DNA of 63,830 nucleotides, filler included, from Cercozoa sp. M6MM (Eukaryota; Protista; Endomyxa: Ascetosporea): NCBI GenBank assembly GCA_040357565.1. It is 9 parts of 9 records of this genome, joined end to end, with 100 filler letters (N's around TTAATTAATTAA, not from the genome) between each part and the next. Parts side by side here need not be neighbours in the genome. Positions count along the whole stretch, not along the records: positions 37,957 to 43,650 come from JBDODJ010000863.1; positions 43,751 to 57,665 come from JBDODJ010000345.1; 7 more parts are not named here. One strand, 5' to 3'. Shown piece by piece: positions 37,957 to 50,711 of this stretch (position 1 is its first letter; each line of letters starts with the position of its first letter). The notes under the pieces were generated by a model. It saw only the letters and a program-made list of their open reading frames with translations, ran no database searches and was not told where the DNA came from. The position numbers and the translations under genes were made by a program.

Positions 37957-40900
37957 ATGACGAATGCGTTCGTTCTTATTCTTTCTCTTTTTTTCCTTCT
38001 TGTTCTTATCCTTGCTGTTGTTCTCCTTCTTGTTTTCCTTGTTGTGTTCCTTGCTGTCATGTTGCTTGTGGCTTTGCTCAGTGTTGTTTTCGGAACTTCG
38101 TTCATTCGTTTCATCCGAGCAGTCAGAGCGATGACGAATGCGTCCGCGCGGAGGCGGGCGGTACGAAACGTTCAAGAAACGCAGGCACTGCACGGCCTGT
38201 TCGGGCATGGCGCTGAGACAGGCGCTCACCTGCGCAAAGGCCGGCGCCTCCTCGTTGTCGCCCACGAAGGTGCTCAGCTGCATTGCGTGCGTCAGGTCTG
38301 GCGTGCCGCGGAAGGTTAGAGGGAGTAAGAAGGAGGGCAAGAAGAAGGGTAAGAAGGAGGGTAAGAAGGAGGGTAAGAAGGAGGGTAAGAAAAAGGGTAA
38401 GAAGGAGGGTAAGACGGGATACCACGAGCCACAACGAACACAGTTTCGCCCTCGTGCACAACTCCCCGACTCATCGGATTCACGCAGACAGTGACCTCAT
38501 TGACCTGTGCCAGGGTAGTATCAGGGTAGTATCAGGGTAGTAGGGTATTGGGGTCATATTAGGGGAGTAGAGTATCAGGGGACTAGGGAATTAGGGTAGT
38601 ATCAAGGTAGTAGGGTATCAGGGTAGTAGGGTATCAGGGTAGTAGGGTATCANNNNNNNNNNGGTAGTAGGGTATCAGGGTAGTAGGGTATCAGGGTAGT
38701 AGGGTATCAGAGTAGTAGAGGGTACAGGTAGGTAGAAATGTACCTCAGTGTCAGGTCGCAGAGGTGGAAACCTCTGGTCGAAGGAGAGCGAGGAGGCAGA
38801 GGAGAAGCCAGGACGACAGGCGGCCTGTCGACGCAGCGTGCCCAGCACTGTGATTCGAAAGAAGTGTCGCGCCATCGCCGACACTTGCGCAAAGGTCAGT
38901 CCTGCAGTTTTGACCCCCCTCTTTTACCCCCCTCTGTTACCCCCTCTGCTACCCCCCCTGTTACCCCTCCCTCCCCGTGAATAGTACCAGCAAGTACAGG
39001 CGACACGGTGACTAAGTGTATTCCGTACTGCATCCCATCGCAGACCTCCTGTAGCCAGCGAGTGCCTCGTCTAAGTGTTTCCATAGTACCAATGCTACTC
39101 GCTCCCTTTAGTGTAAAACTATGCAGGTATAGGAGTCATACCTGTCCTCACTGCCGAAAGTGCCAGTGCCGGAGTTGTCATTCCGCGCGGACGCAAAGGC
39201 CGTGTCCTTGACGTTGACAGTGGTGACAGGCGGCACATGGAGCAGTGTCGACAACAGCGCGTTCAACGAGGGCAGTCGGAAGGCCGCCGCCGTGATCTGC
39301 GCCATCGTGTCGGCCGGCGCAATCACCCGCACCGACGGAAACCGCAAGAGTGTACGCTTCCACCTGGAGGCAGGGGCATAAAGCGGGCTCAACAGTACCA
39401 CATGCATCTGAGGTAGATTCTCTGCCGTACAAGTAGCTGGCACTCGAGTCGGTGTCATCGAGTCCACTGTGATAGGTGGCATCATCTACATCATCGACGG
39501 TGTGTGCACGTGTCTCTCCGACCACTGGCACGCTGCGACTCGGCAGCAGCACCGACACCGGCAACAGCGGCGAGCGGAACTTGAGCGACAGCGCCTGCAG
39601 CAGCGTCGTCTGTGTCGTGCCTGCATACAGTACGTATACGAACTGCACATACGGACTCTACTGAAATGAACTGTACGTATGTACTGTACATATAGGCTAC
39701 ACAGAAATGGACTGTCCATAAGGACTACACGAAAATGGGCTGTACATATGTAGTTAGACTGTACAGATATAGACAGTACAGAGGTACATATTCAGTACAT
39801 ACGGACACAGAGTGCAGAAGTGTACTATCGTTGGGTGCCAGTACGGCGGCGGCGACGACAGTTCGCTGCGAAAAGACGGCGCGCGCGTCGTCCTCGAAGA
39901 GAGACGAGAACACCACCTGCCAGTGGGCATCCTTAGACCTGGGTCCACTTTGACTTGTATCTATACCCTGGTAGTTGATACCTCAGTATGCAGTCCGCAT
40001 TGTGCCATGCGAACTCGTCGTTTCAGCGTGTTACGTACCACCGCTAGGTAGATACACGGGAGGGAGGGTAAGAAGTAGACGTAGAAGTATGGTAGCGGTC
40101 GGAGTGGGGAGTGTACAGGGCAGGAAGGGCGGCGCCACCACAGTAACGGCGTCGCACATGGCCGTGTAGGGCACTGATGTCAGTGCGCGTAGCAACGTCG
40201 TCGTTCGCTCTGTCACAAAGGTTTCGTCGCCCAGCACCACTAGCAGATGCCGCAGTTTCTGCTTGTACATTAAATATACTCATATACATAATATATATAC
40301 ATGTATGAAGATATTTGAGGTAGTAGATGTAGCCTCACTTTAGCGGGTCGACTCTTGGCGGCACTGGTACCCTCCAGAGCCGTCAAAGAATCGCGTGTGT
40401 GTGCCACTCGGAGCGACATTATCGGCAATGCAACCTGTGCATAGTAGTTTCATTGCACGGACAGATAGACGACAACCTTCTGTACCAGTAGTGCGACAAC
40501 ACAAGCTAGAACGAGAACGCGCGCCGCTGAGGAGGTCGGTACGATGTCTCCATAGCCTGCATCACCCCACAGCACTCTCCCTCTAGTATCTTGTACTATC
40601 CCAAAGTACCAATAGTAAGCAGCGTGATGACGGAAAAGTAGATCGCATCGTGAAAGTCGAGTCGTGACCCTGAGCATCTCCGGGAAGGGTCATAACTTAA
40701 CAAGGAAGAGGTGAGGGTAAAATCCCAAGGAGACCAGCGTGCCGTTCGGCCAGCAAGAACAACGACGCGAACGAAAACACACTCAGCAGCGTCACCAAAA
40801 TCAGTTCTAAAACAGGCGTGTACCAATATATATACTATCGATATCTTGATTTGTATAAATATACATACTATACATGGGTATACCGGCAACAGCGGCGTAC

Positions 40901-41650
40901 ATGGCCCAGCTGAGTGCCTCTTCGGCCTTCAGTTCGTCTTTTTTCCTCATGCTGAAGTAGGTACCACGAGTAGGTCACTGGATAGAAGGAAACAAAAGCT
41001 GCTGTACAAAAGAAAGGTGCGCAGCAAGTGTCGGTGTTTCACACATCGCACAAACGTCGCACACAGTCCTACGAGATGACATACGCTTCCCCTTTACGAG
41101 TACTACATACTGTCTGTACCAACCCAAGCTCCAGCGATCCACACCCAATGCAGTGTCTGCAGTACAAGGCATGCATGCACTGGGGAATACACACCAATTA
41201 GGGTACCAGATAATCAGGGTGTGCGATGTTGAAGCTGCGCAGCAGGATGCCCAATAATAAGAGACTCGTCACAGCAAAGTCGAGTGCGCATTGGTCCGAC
41301 ACATCGTCCCAACGAGGTCTACGTCCAAAGGCAGCTGAGCGGCATAACTCTCTATGACTAAACAACTTACACCAAGCGACGCACGGTTCTGACGCGAGTG
41401 TAGGTGACACCTACAAAGACCGCTGTCGGCACGATGGAGAACCAGTGCAGCCAATCCGGCGAGGCTGAGCAGACACCGGGCACATCAATTTTGTTTCAGT
41501 TTCAGATTCACCCACCCGGCAGTTCGGTCAGTGGAACCCTGGGTGTCGTTGTCGACGTAACCGGCTACCAGTGCCACCAGAGCGCATGGAATCATCGCAA
41601 ACAACGCAAGCACATCCTTCGCGAACAGCTCGCGCGGCCACTACAATGTT
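37957..41650 (-). CDS. Divergent BK/Slo-like K+ channel with RCK-type C-terminus (3'-partial; 5' end uncertain)
   Basis: LDFHDAIYFSVITLLTI|GYGDIVPTSSAAR pore, and RCK-like RHLLVVLG, TLLQALSLK, AQITAAAFRLPSLNALLSTL, DGMQYGIHLVTVSPVLAG. Confidence 0.75.
38323..38722. repeat. Two G-rich intronic minisatellites: (GAAGGAGGGTAA)n at 38323-38412 and (GGGTAGTAGGGTATCA)n at 38514-38722
   Basis: Direct reading. Confidence 0.9.
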
Positions 41651-42702
41651 GTCACATTGCAATCAGTTGGACAGCTTTTGGGTGTCAAGCTGTCACTCAA
41701 ACTGCCTTCATAAGTCAAAATGTGACATAAGTTTACCTCCACGCCTCCTAAATTTACCATAACATTTAGGTCCTATGTGTGTCAGCTTTTGCTAGAACCT
41801 GGGCATGTCTTGGGCTACAGAGTCAATATGGCGTTACTCGTTTTCGACGCGCGAAACTCAACCAAGCTGACTCTGAGTGCATGGCTTCAGTTTCTTCCAG
41901 AGTTCCAGAAATGACATCGGTGCCGCCAGTCTGCAGGCCCGCCTAGAGTGCATCGGGGAACCTCGGTTGACCATCAGATTTCAGTAGCATATAAATACTG
42001 TGCCTTGCTGTTTAAACCGCAGAACTGGCGTGACGGAAAACGTTCAGTCAGAGCACCAAGCACGTCCAAACTTCAGTGAAACTAGCTACAGCTGTGTGCT
42101 GACGTGAACCTATTTTGAAGGGCGCATCAACGGTAACTTAAAGAGTGAGTCGCGGCAGCTTTAAAAGTTACGTACAGTTGTCGGCAGTTGGTTGGGAGAC
42201 CGGGACAGTTAGTGAGTTCATTCAGTCTAGGTCGTGTATGGAAAGCAGCGTCGGATCTGCAAGCAGAAGGGGAGGCGCGGGAGTCATCCTTCCGTTCTGA
42301 GAGATGGCTTGGTCTCGCACGCCTGCACGTGCAGGCGTCTACCTACCCATGCGACACAATCGTCCTCTCCCGGAACAGAGACATGGGCAACGTCTCTGGT
42401 ACGTTTAAAACACTTAGAGCCACACAGACAAAGGAGAGCCTCAGGAGCTGGGACACTCCGCTTGACTGTCCGTGTTTCACGCACCCGCGCGAGCGGAAGG
42501 GAATAATCACCCGACGAACGGATCGAGATATTGTACGTAGGTAGTACTTAATCGAACCAAGCCGAGCGCAGCCACACCAGCACCGGCGCGATGCGCCGAA
42601 ACGAAAATCTACCAGGCTAAACCAACGCGGCGAAAACTGCGAAAGTGCGCTGGGAACGGAATGGAATGGCAGGCTCAAGCAACACATGTCAGACATCCGA
42701 CG

Positions 42703-43256
42703 CTACGCTTCGAAAGGCAGCGTAGCAGCGGAGTGCACGCGTCGCATCTCGCTTCGTCGTCTGCGATCGAGCTCGCGTGTCCTCTCAGTGTACATGTTGT
42801 TGTTGTCGTTGGTGTTGCTATCGTTGCTGCTGCTGTTGGTGTTGTTGACCTCGGAATCGACTGTATGCATTTCAAGTTCGCCTCGATGCATGTTCGGCAT
42901 CGTACGGTACACCTTGCGTGCCCGTCTGTCTCACAAGCACTGCAGATAAAATGCAAAGACACACACACATCAAAAATACCGTATCCTTCGTCGTGCTTGC
43001 CGAGGGATTGGATTCTCCCTGCACAACAGAATAATAGTACAGTTACACTACCGCTCCGCAAGGCTTCGTACAGGTCAAAGTCGGGCGCCGAGTGTTCGCG
43101 TCGGTGTCGCCTTTGCCTGTCGTGATGGTGCTGCTGATGTTGATGGTGCACTCCGCCGCCGTCGACAGGAGCACCGGCGAAGCGCAGCGCACTCTGCACC
43201 AGTCCGAATCGCACGCGCGGTGTCTGCAGGATAGAACAAGTACACAACACATAGAC

Positions 43257-43317
<61 letters not shown>

Positions 43318-43500
43318 GCAAACTCACTTGCGGTTCGTTATGCGGACGCAGTGTAGCAACGCGCCGTATTCTCCTCTCCTGTGCGCCGAATAAGAACCAT
43401 GCAGTGCAGGAATTGTACACACGTTAGATACCGCAGGTCGGTCGAGCGACGCCACACACACTGAGCGACGTCGGAACGCCGCACCAGTCTGCGTACAATC
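42703..43500 (-). CDS. 3' exons of a hypothetical protein (5'-partial)
   Basis: Exon-like segments (AWFLFGAQERRIRR..., TPRVRFGLVQSALRF..., RRVHSAATLPFEA*) lie between (CAGA)n/(CA)n introns. Confidence 0.4.
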
Positions 43501-43503
43501 GTA

Positions 43504-43556
<53 letters not shown>

Positions 43557-43608
43557 CACACAGACACACACAGACACAGACACAGACACAGACACAGACA
43601 CAGACACA

Positions 43609-43650
<42 letters not shown>

Positions 43651-43750
43651 NNNNNNNNNNNNNNNNNNNNNNNNNNNNNNNNNNNNNNNNNNNNTTAATT
43701 AATTAANNNNNNNNNNNNNNNNNNNNNNNNNNNNNNNNNNNNNNNNNNNN
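43651..43750. other. Artificial contig linker
   Basis: N44-TTAATTAATTAA-N44. Confidence 0.97.
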
Positions 43751-43793
<43 letters not shown>

Positions 43794-43798
43794 TGTAG

Positions 43799-44520
43799 TT
43801 GTGGATGTGGAACCACTCGGCGGACAGTCGAAACCAGCTGCCGACTCGTGTGCTCGAACACTGCTGTCGTGATTTAGAGTCACTCGATGCTGACACCATC
43901 CTCGAGGTTCCATTGCATCATTTGTTTTGTTCCATCAGTGTATTCGTGCCCGTGCTTTTGTCAGAGAAGACCCCGACGACGCATGGTTGCTCTGCAAAAC
44001 CGCCGTCGTATGCTGGCACTCTACTGCATGCTGCACGCACATGTGCTGCGCTGGAGAGGTATTGATGTTCTGTGACTTATTAAGTGCTCATATGTGTCAG
44101 TTTCATGTGTGCAGATCAAGCGTTACGTCAGCTGATGGCGGTGCCAGAGTGCCGTATTGGCTGCGACGTTGTTGCATTGTGTGCCGACTTTGCCGTACTG
44201 GGCTCGGTATGTAGGAGAGCTCAGCTGTTTATCGTTAGCGGAAATGTCGAACCTTCTTGTAGGGTGCTGCTGCTCGCCTGCGAACACTGCTGGAACACGA
44301 CGGATGCGTGCCCGCGGAATCCTTCTTTCTGTCGGGGGTGCACGGTAATTTAGTCGTGTGTGTGTATGCACCGCTGGGGAGGAGTGTTTGCGTCGTTGAT
44401 CCGGTTGAATGGCGGTAGATGAACTCTTGCAACGCTCTTCGAGTGCATTTAAATGTCGGTGCGATACCTGGCGTGTGCGCGACACTGCGACTCTGCCAAG
44501 GACTCAGACGAATACTGTCA
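43799..44520 (+). CDS. 3' exons of a hypothetical protein (5'-partial; weak BACK-domain-like look)
   Basis: LWMWNHS...RVLEHCCRDLESLDADTILE|REDPDDAWLLCKTAVVCW between GT-AG introns. Confidence 0.3.
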
Positions 44521-44802
44521 ACGCCGAGTTTTCGGTATCGCTTCGTTTCCGCACGTTTCTTGGCGATTGACGCGAATTTAAGGCTTCAACTCTAGACGAG
44601 TACTGTAGGTACTGTAGTTGATGTTGGAACACAGTACTGTAACTCTGAGTAAACGATGATGACGGAGTCATAGACGCAACCGTCTACAGCAACCGATGCT
44701 TCCTTACTCGTGGGGGTGGATATGAGTACAGACCGAGACTGCAGAGCAACTGACCAGCTGATGCCTGCACAATCTGAGCTGTAACAGAGTTCCGTCAGCC
44801 TA

Positions 44803-45401
44803 TTAGTGCAGGTTCTGACAGCGCTGCATTGCGGTTTCGAGCAGCGGCGCCGTGTGCTCGGGCAGCAGCATCTGCGCAGGCGACAGGCCCATGTCGACGC
44901 TCTTGGCGTACACGTCGACGATCGTCTCGCGGAAGATGCCGACAAAGGCACGCGCCAGCAGCACGATACAGTTGCGCACGCGGCACATTCTCCGGCGCAC
45001 ATCGACCGACACGGGTGCCGGCTCGAACTTCCTGCCGACATGCAGTACAGGGTGAATTCTCTCACAACACGGGAACAGAAAGGGATGTTAAAAAATATAT
45101 AACTATTGAGGGGGAGGTAGGAAGGTAGGGAGGTAGGAAGGTAAGAAGGGAGAGAGGGGAAGTTAAGGTACTCGTCAGAGTCGGGGTTGCGCGCAAAGGC
45201 GATGCGCTTGCGTCGGTGCTTCTCGGCGTCGGTGAGGGTCTGCGTGATGAAGATGCGGCCGTTGCTGCCGAGAATGACGGTGACGCCGGTCTGACTCTCG
45301 TGCAGTGTCGTTGCCAGCTCTCGCTGCAGTGGGATCTCCCTGCCCAGGCATACCCAGTCAAAGCACACACACATACACAAACACATACATATATACACAC
45401 A

Positions 45402-45457
<56 letters not shown>

Positions 45458-46326
45458 AAGCTACACGTCCTGCATGCCAGGATATCGCAGTTCCAGGAAG
45501 TGGTGCTTGGCCGTCTTGACCAGTGTCTGCGGCACCTCGATCAGTTCGCCCTGTCCAGACAGATAGACAAGGACAGGTACACGTACACACAAGTACATAC
45601 AGACACAGATAGTAACAGACAGAGCATGCTACCTGTCCTGCCCGACCGAACTTCTCACTGCGCGCCTGCAGGGCCACGCTGCCGTCGCCGTAGACCATCT
45701 GCACCTCGGCCACGACAACGTCGCCCTCGGTGAAGAACTTGCGCATCTGTTCGCACAAGGTATGTCAGCAACCGACCAACAGACCTGCCCAACCAGGGAA
45801 AGAGCCTACATGCAGAGCGTCCTCGTGCGTGCGACGTCGCTGCACGCCACCGGGCAGCTGGATCGCCGCCAGCTGCAGCGACGCGCGCATGCGGCCGCCG
45901 ATGTCGATGTACCACCTGCCGTCGGCGACGTCGACGACGCGGCCGACCACTATGTCGCTGCGACGGGCGGCGTACCGGCCCCTCATTGGCCGCACGGCCA
46001 CCCACTTGTCCACTCGCTAAAATAACACACATACACATACACACAGACAGAAGTGCACAAGTACACAAGTACACAAGTCTAGTTGAGCAAAAAGCAAAGA
46101 GTGCTACATGCACGAAGCCACTCAGTGTCGACAGCAGCTTGTTGTTGTGCAGTCGCGTGCCGTGACCGCGCAGAATGTTGGCTACTCAAGCCAGGTAATT
46201 CACTACTATTCGTCAGCAAATGAGCAACTCACCTGTGTCACCGTCCGCACTGACGGAGATGACCTGACCCGGGTAAACATACTCGAGCCCGAGCGTCGCG
46301 GCGGCGTCGAAATCTTCCTCCATCAT
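44803..46326 (-). CDS. RRP4: RNA exosome cap subunit Rrp4
   Basis: VYPGQVI, LRGHGT, RYAARRSDIVVGRV, QLPGGVQRRRT, MRKFFTEGDVVVAEVQ, RSEKFG, VILGSNGRIFI, CRVRNCI. Confidence 0.94.
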
Positions 46327-46530
46327 GCCTGCACCAAGAAAACCAATTTTAATGTGCTGCCTGTTGAACTAGAAGCTATTTAACCCACCGCAATGCAATA
46401 GCAAGATGTTACACACAGGCGTCCGCACACGTGCGCGTTTTCTAGACCTGCTTCAATTTTGTTAAAGGGGCTTGTGTTAGCACCGTTTCAGGTTTGAGCG
46501 CTTTGTGCGTGCTGTGTTTGTGTGGATAGT

Positions 46531-47975
46531 ATGTTTGGCTTGGTACGCAAGCGATCTGCGCTTCTGCTGAGCGCTGCTTCCGCGCGAATCGGCAGCCGTA
46601 CGCTCAGACCGATCAGCAGCTCAGACTCTGGGTATGACCGCGACCGACTGGACAAGGTGCTGCTGCAGGGCGCCACCTTCCACGGCAGGCACGGCTCTGA
46701 TGCCTCCGAGAACGTGCTTGGACAGAAGTTCGTCATTGTAGATCCTCTATCTCTATTCTCTATGAGTACACAATACATGTAATGTGTTCCAGGATGTGGC
46801 GGCCTGGACTACGCTGCGGCCAGTAAACGACCAGCTCGAGGACACTGTAACGTTTCGTCTTATCTTCTGTCTGAACTGTTCGTCTATTTGACAGTGCCCT
46901 TGGACAGGTGAGCTACGCCGACATCTGGCACGTGTGCGAGAACATTGTACAGAACAAGTGCTTCAACCTGGTCGAGGTGCTTTTATCTCCTTGCTGTTTT
47001 TTCTGACATTAAAATGTTACCCTTTTTGGTCTCTCAGAGCGTTGCCGAGCAGTGTGTGCGCGAGTTGTTCAGAACAGTAGCCACACTCATTCTCTTTCGT
47101 TCATTGATCTCTGTGAAGGATAAGTATACTCTGTTGGTGTGTGCTGGGCAGCTGCCCAAGGTGACAGAGATTCAGTTGCGAGTGCGCAAGCCACAGGTGC
47201 CGTTGCCGGGTGTTGTTGAGTACAGTGGCATCGAGATCACGCGGCGGTATCTCTTTCCTTGACTACCTGTCCATGTGCCACATCAGCAGTGCCTTCGTAC
47301 AGTCGTTCGGACTACACGGACGCCGTGCTGTTTACCGACCTGCCCGAAAAGACACCAGTCAGCGGTATCAACACCAGCAGCATCAACAACATCAGTAACA
47401 ACATCAGTAACAACATCATTAACAATGTTGGCGATAACAACGGCATCGACGACGACATCCGTCGCGCCCCGTGGCGCAAGCGCAACCTTGGTGGTACTTT
47501 CGTCTCCTTCTGTCCCTATAATACATATATATATATATATATATTTATATATATCTGCAACAAGCTCATGTGTGTCTGTCCACGCAGGTCCAGTGCGCAA
47601 GAACACAGAAACACGCGTGCCTCGTGCCTTTGAGTCCGTACCGTGTTCTCCCTGCGAAAGCCAACTCTGCTGCCACACACACATGTTCATGTTGTGCAGA
47701 GACCAATCGATACGATGAATCATCGCGTTGCTGGTGGTCCCGTGCACTCCCAGCAAAGCCTGCAGCAACAAGCACACCAACCTCCTGGCATGCCTGACAT
47801 GGCCTCGGACGGTGACGACATCATGGGTGCTCTCGAGTGGGAGGCCGAGGTTGAGGTATCCAAACAATGTGTTCATGTGTCTTTGTGCTCGCATGCGATG
47901 GCTAAGGATGCACGTGTGCAGAAGGTGGAAAGCGAGTACATGTCGCGCGTCATGAGTCGTCTCAAGGCCGAGTAA
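46531..47975 (+). CDS. folB: Dihydroneopterin aldolase (FolB) with an N-terminal presequence and a C-terminal low-complexity extension
   Basis: DKVLLQGATFHGRHG..ENVLGQKFVI|D, DT|VSYAD, FNLVE|SVAE, VRKPQVPLPG, GIEITR; the catalytic E/Y/E/K positions are present. Confidence 0.9.
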
Positions 47976-48191
47976 GTGAGCCACATCGTTGGTTTCCGAG
48001 AAGACTCAACTAACTAAGTGAGCCAATAACCAACTAGCGCCAGGCAGACGCGAGTTTAGCCCGTGAGCGTTACGATACAAAAACGTAAATTAAACAGACA
48101 CTAACTTGCAATTGGTTGCACGGCACTGCGCTACATCACGTGCACAGTGCGTGGCATCCCGCGCTCCTCGCCCGCGGCGTGGTGGAAACAT

Positions 48192-50226
48192 TCACTTTCG
48201 GTTGTTTGACTTCTTCGTTGGTTGCGAGCGGTTCGACGATCTTTCGGATTTGTGCGTGCATCGGTATCGATGTACACACACAGCACTTGGGGGGCGGGAC
48301 GGCTCACTCCTGCTGCTCCGGCTCCTCGTCTTCCTGCTGCTTCTCCTCTTCCTGCTGCTCCGTATCCTGCTCGACGGTTTCAGCTTCGGCCTCAGCCTCA
48401 GCCTCAGCTTCAGTCTCGGCCTGCTGCTCCTGCTGCTTGGCCTGCTCCTCCAGTCTGCACACAAGTATCGGTACCGCAGTCAGTAGGGAGACAGGGAGAT
48501 GTCAAACGTACTGCTTGCGACCGGCGGCAGCACCGACCTGCGTGGTCTCGTCGGGGATGTCGGAGACCTGCTTGCGCTCGGTGCTGTCGAGCACAATCTG
48601 ACGGCGCTTGACGTTGCTGTAGGAGCCCGGGTTGACGCTGCTGACCTCGTCGAGGAACTCCTCGAGCGACGTGGCCGTGATGGTCACCGTGGCACCGCGC
48701 ATCAGCAGCTCCACCTGCGAGCGGTGGTGCGACAGCATGGCCTGAGTGAACACACACGAGTGCACACAAGTCAGCGTCCAGACAGACCCCCACACCACAA
48801 GGACAAGGGTACTCTCCGCATCGGCTTCATCTGCGGCGGTGCCCACCTGTCCCAACAGCAACATGAGCAAAGCCAGCACACGCACAAGTAAGACGATTGT
48901 GCAACTCACGTGATCAACAGGAAGGCATCGGCGGCATCGCTCGTCTCCTCAAACTGCACAACGTCCAGGGAGGTGTGCATCTGTCTGTACATAAAGGACA
49001 GAAGTGGGCACGAGGTTACCACCTGCGTCTTGCGCAGCAGCACGAAGCATTCGCGTCCGGCACCCGGCTGTCCAAATACAGGCATACCAATATAGGCTTA
49101 TCAAGGTGTGCAAGGATGCAAGGACGCAACCCACCTGCAGGTGCTTCTTGAGAGCATCGACGCCACCGTCCTCGCAGGCCAGCAGTTCCATCACGTTCTT
49201 CTGGCCCTCCTTGTACTTGAGGATCAGGAAGTCGGCCGGGGCATCGCCGGCGCTCTCGGCCTATGTGACCCACCCAAGCAAGGGTAAGCCAAGACAACAC
49301 GGTTGGGGAACAGACAGGCAGGCTCAGTGGCTACCACATCAGGCTCGCGCACACGGCGCAGGGCGTCGTTGAAGTTGAGTTCCTCGGCCGTGGTGGCGAA
49401 CTGCACCTCGTCCTTCTTGCCGGTGCCGGCGCCCTGTCGCTTCGGCTTGCGTGCCACGATGGACTCGAGTTCCTCCACGCGCGCCGTCAGGTCTGTCTTC
49501 TGCTCTCCATCACGGGGGAGGGGGTAAAGGTAGAGAGAAAGTGAGGGCAAAGCGAGAGGGAAAAGAGAGAGGGCAAAGCAAGCAGAGGCACCTCGCCTTC
49601 GAGCTGACGGATCTTGGCCAGCAACTCCTCGTTCTGCTCGACGAGTCGCGTGTTCTCGGCGCGCAGCGACAGCTTGACCGTGTCGACGGCCGGCTTGGCC
49701 TCGGCGGCGTCGTCGGCACCGGCCGTGTCGGTGGCAGAGACGGCCGGTGCAACTGCTGCCGGCGTGGCCTCGGTGGCGGCCTCGTTGACCACCGAGATAA
49801 ACTGCCGCTGGTCGGAGCGAGACATCAGGTGGAACTCGGCGTGCGCCGTGCCGGCCGACACGCGGAAGCGGCACTTCTTCGACGACTCCTTATCGATCGG
49901 GAAGGCCACGTCGTCGCACTGCACGGCCAGCGGAATTCGCTGCTGCACCTTGTCGCCCGAGGCATCGCACACCTGTCACAAAACAATGAGTTGCAACACA
50001 ACCACACTTCCAGTAACAAGTTGCGGCACCTCGAGCGCGTTGCCGTCCTCAGAAAAACGGCAGACGGCCTTCTTCCACTTTCCGCGGCCGTCGCGGATCA
50101 TAACGTGCCCATCTGCTCGCCAAAAACACAAACAAGGTCGAAAGGAAAGAGAAGGGGTGGGGTGAGAGAAAGAGTCAGGGGGGGAAGGAGTGAGGCGTCT
50201 TTACCATTGGGTAGGACCTTGCTCAT
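48192..50226 (-). CDS. PH-like domain + coiled coil + ADF-H (coactosin/drebrin-like) domain + Glu/Gln/Pro-rich tail
   Basis: N-terminal GHVMIRDGRGKWKKAVCRF...FHLMSRSDQRQFISVV (PH-like), and DALRRVRE..DFLILKYKEGQKNVMELLACEDGGVDALKKHL..CFVLLR..FLLIT (ADF-H-like). Confidence 0.65.
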
Positions 50227-50711
50227 CTCGCGCTTGCAGTCTATGAACCACCTACGAAACCGCACATGAGCACTGGCATAGAGGCAATCCGCTCAACTGA
50301 GTCCACTCCAGTGGTCACGTGTGCCACCACAAGTCGCGTGCCGAAAGCACAAAGCACAAAGGACGTTCGTACTGCAAGTCACGCTACCCGTAGAAGAAGT
50401 GCTCCTATGAGTTCGAACTATGCTACACGTGTGCTTTGAGGACTTGTTTCGCGTGTAGAGACTGGCAAACGCGCGCACAGCCTTCTTCGGAGCGCTGGCA
50501 TGGGAAATGATACAACCCAGTGATTGTGATCAATGATCAACTGAAACACCAGCATACTTGAGCATTGCCACACCACCTGACACGAGCCCCGAGGTGTAGT
50601 ATTTTGTGGTGTTTCTGAAACGCGGTGAGGCCGGAACGTAGGTGCCATTTTTTCGTTAAATGCTTATTTGTTTCATCGGGCGCCAACGTCAATTTGTTGT
50701 AGGCGCGGTGG

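Noticed and set aside
11674-41650. Apparent signalling cluster (G-beta, class C GPCR, two K+ channels)
   Set aside because: The four genes lie on four different contigs separated by artificial linkers.
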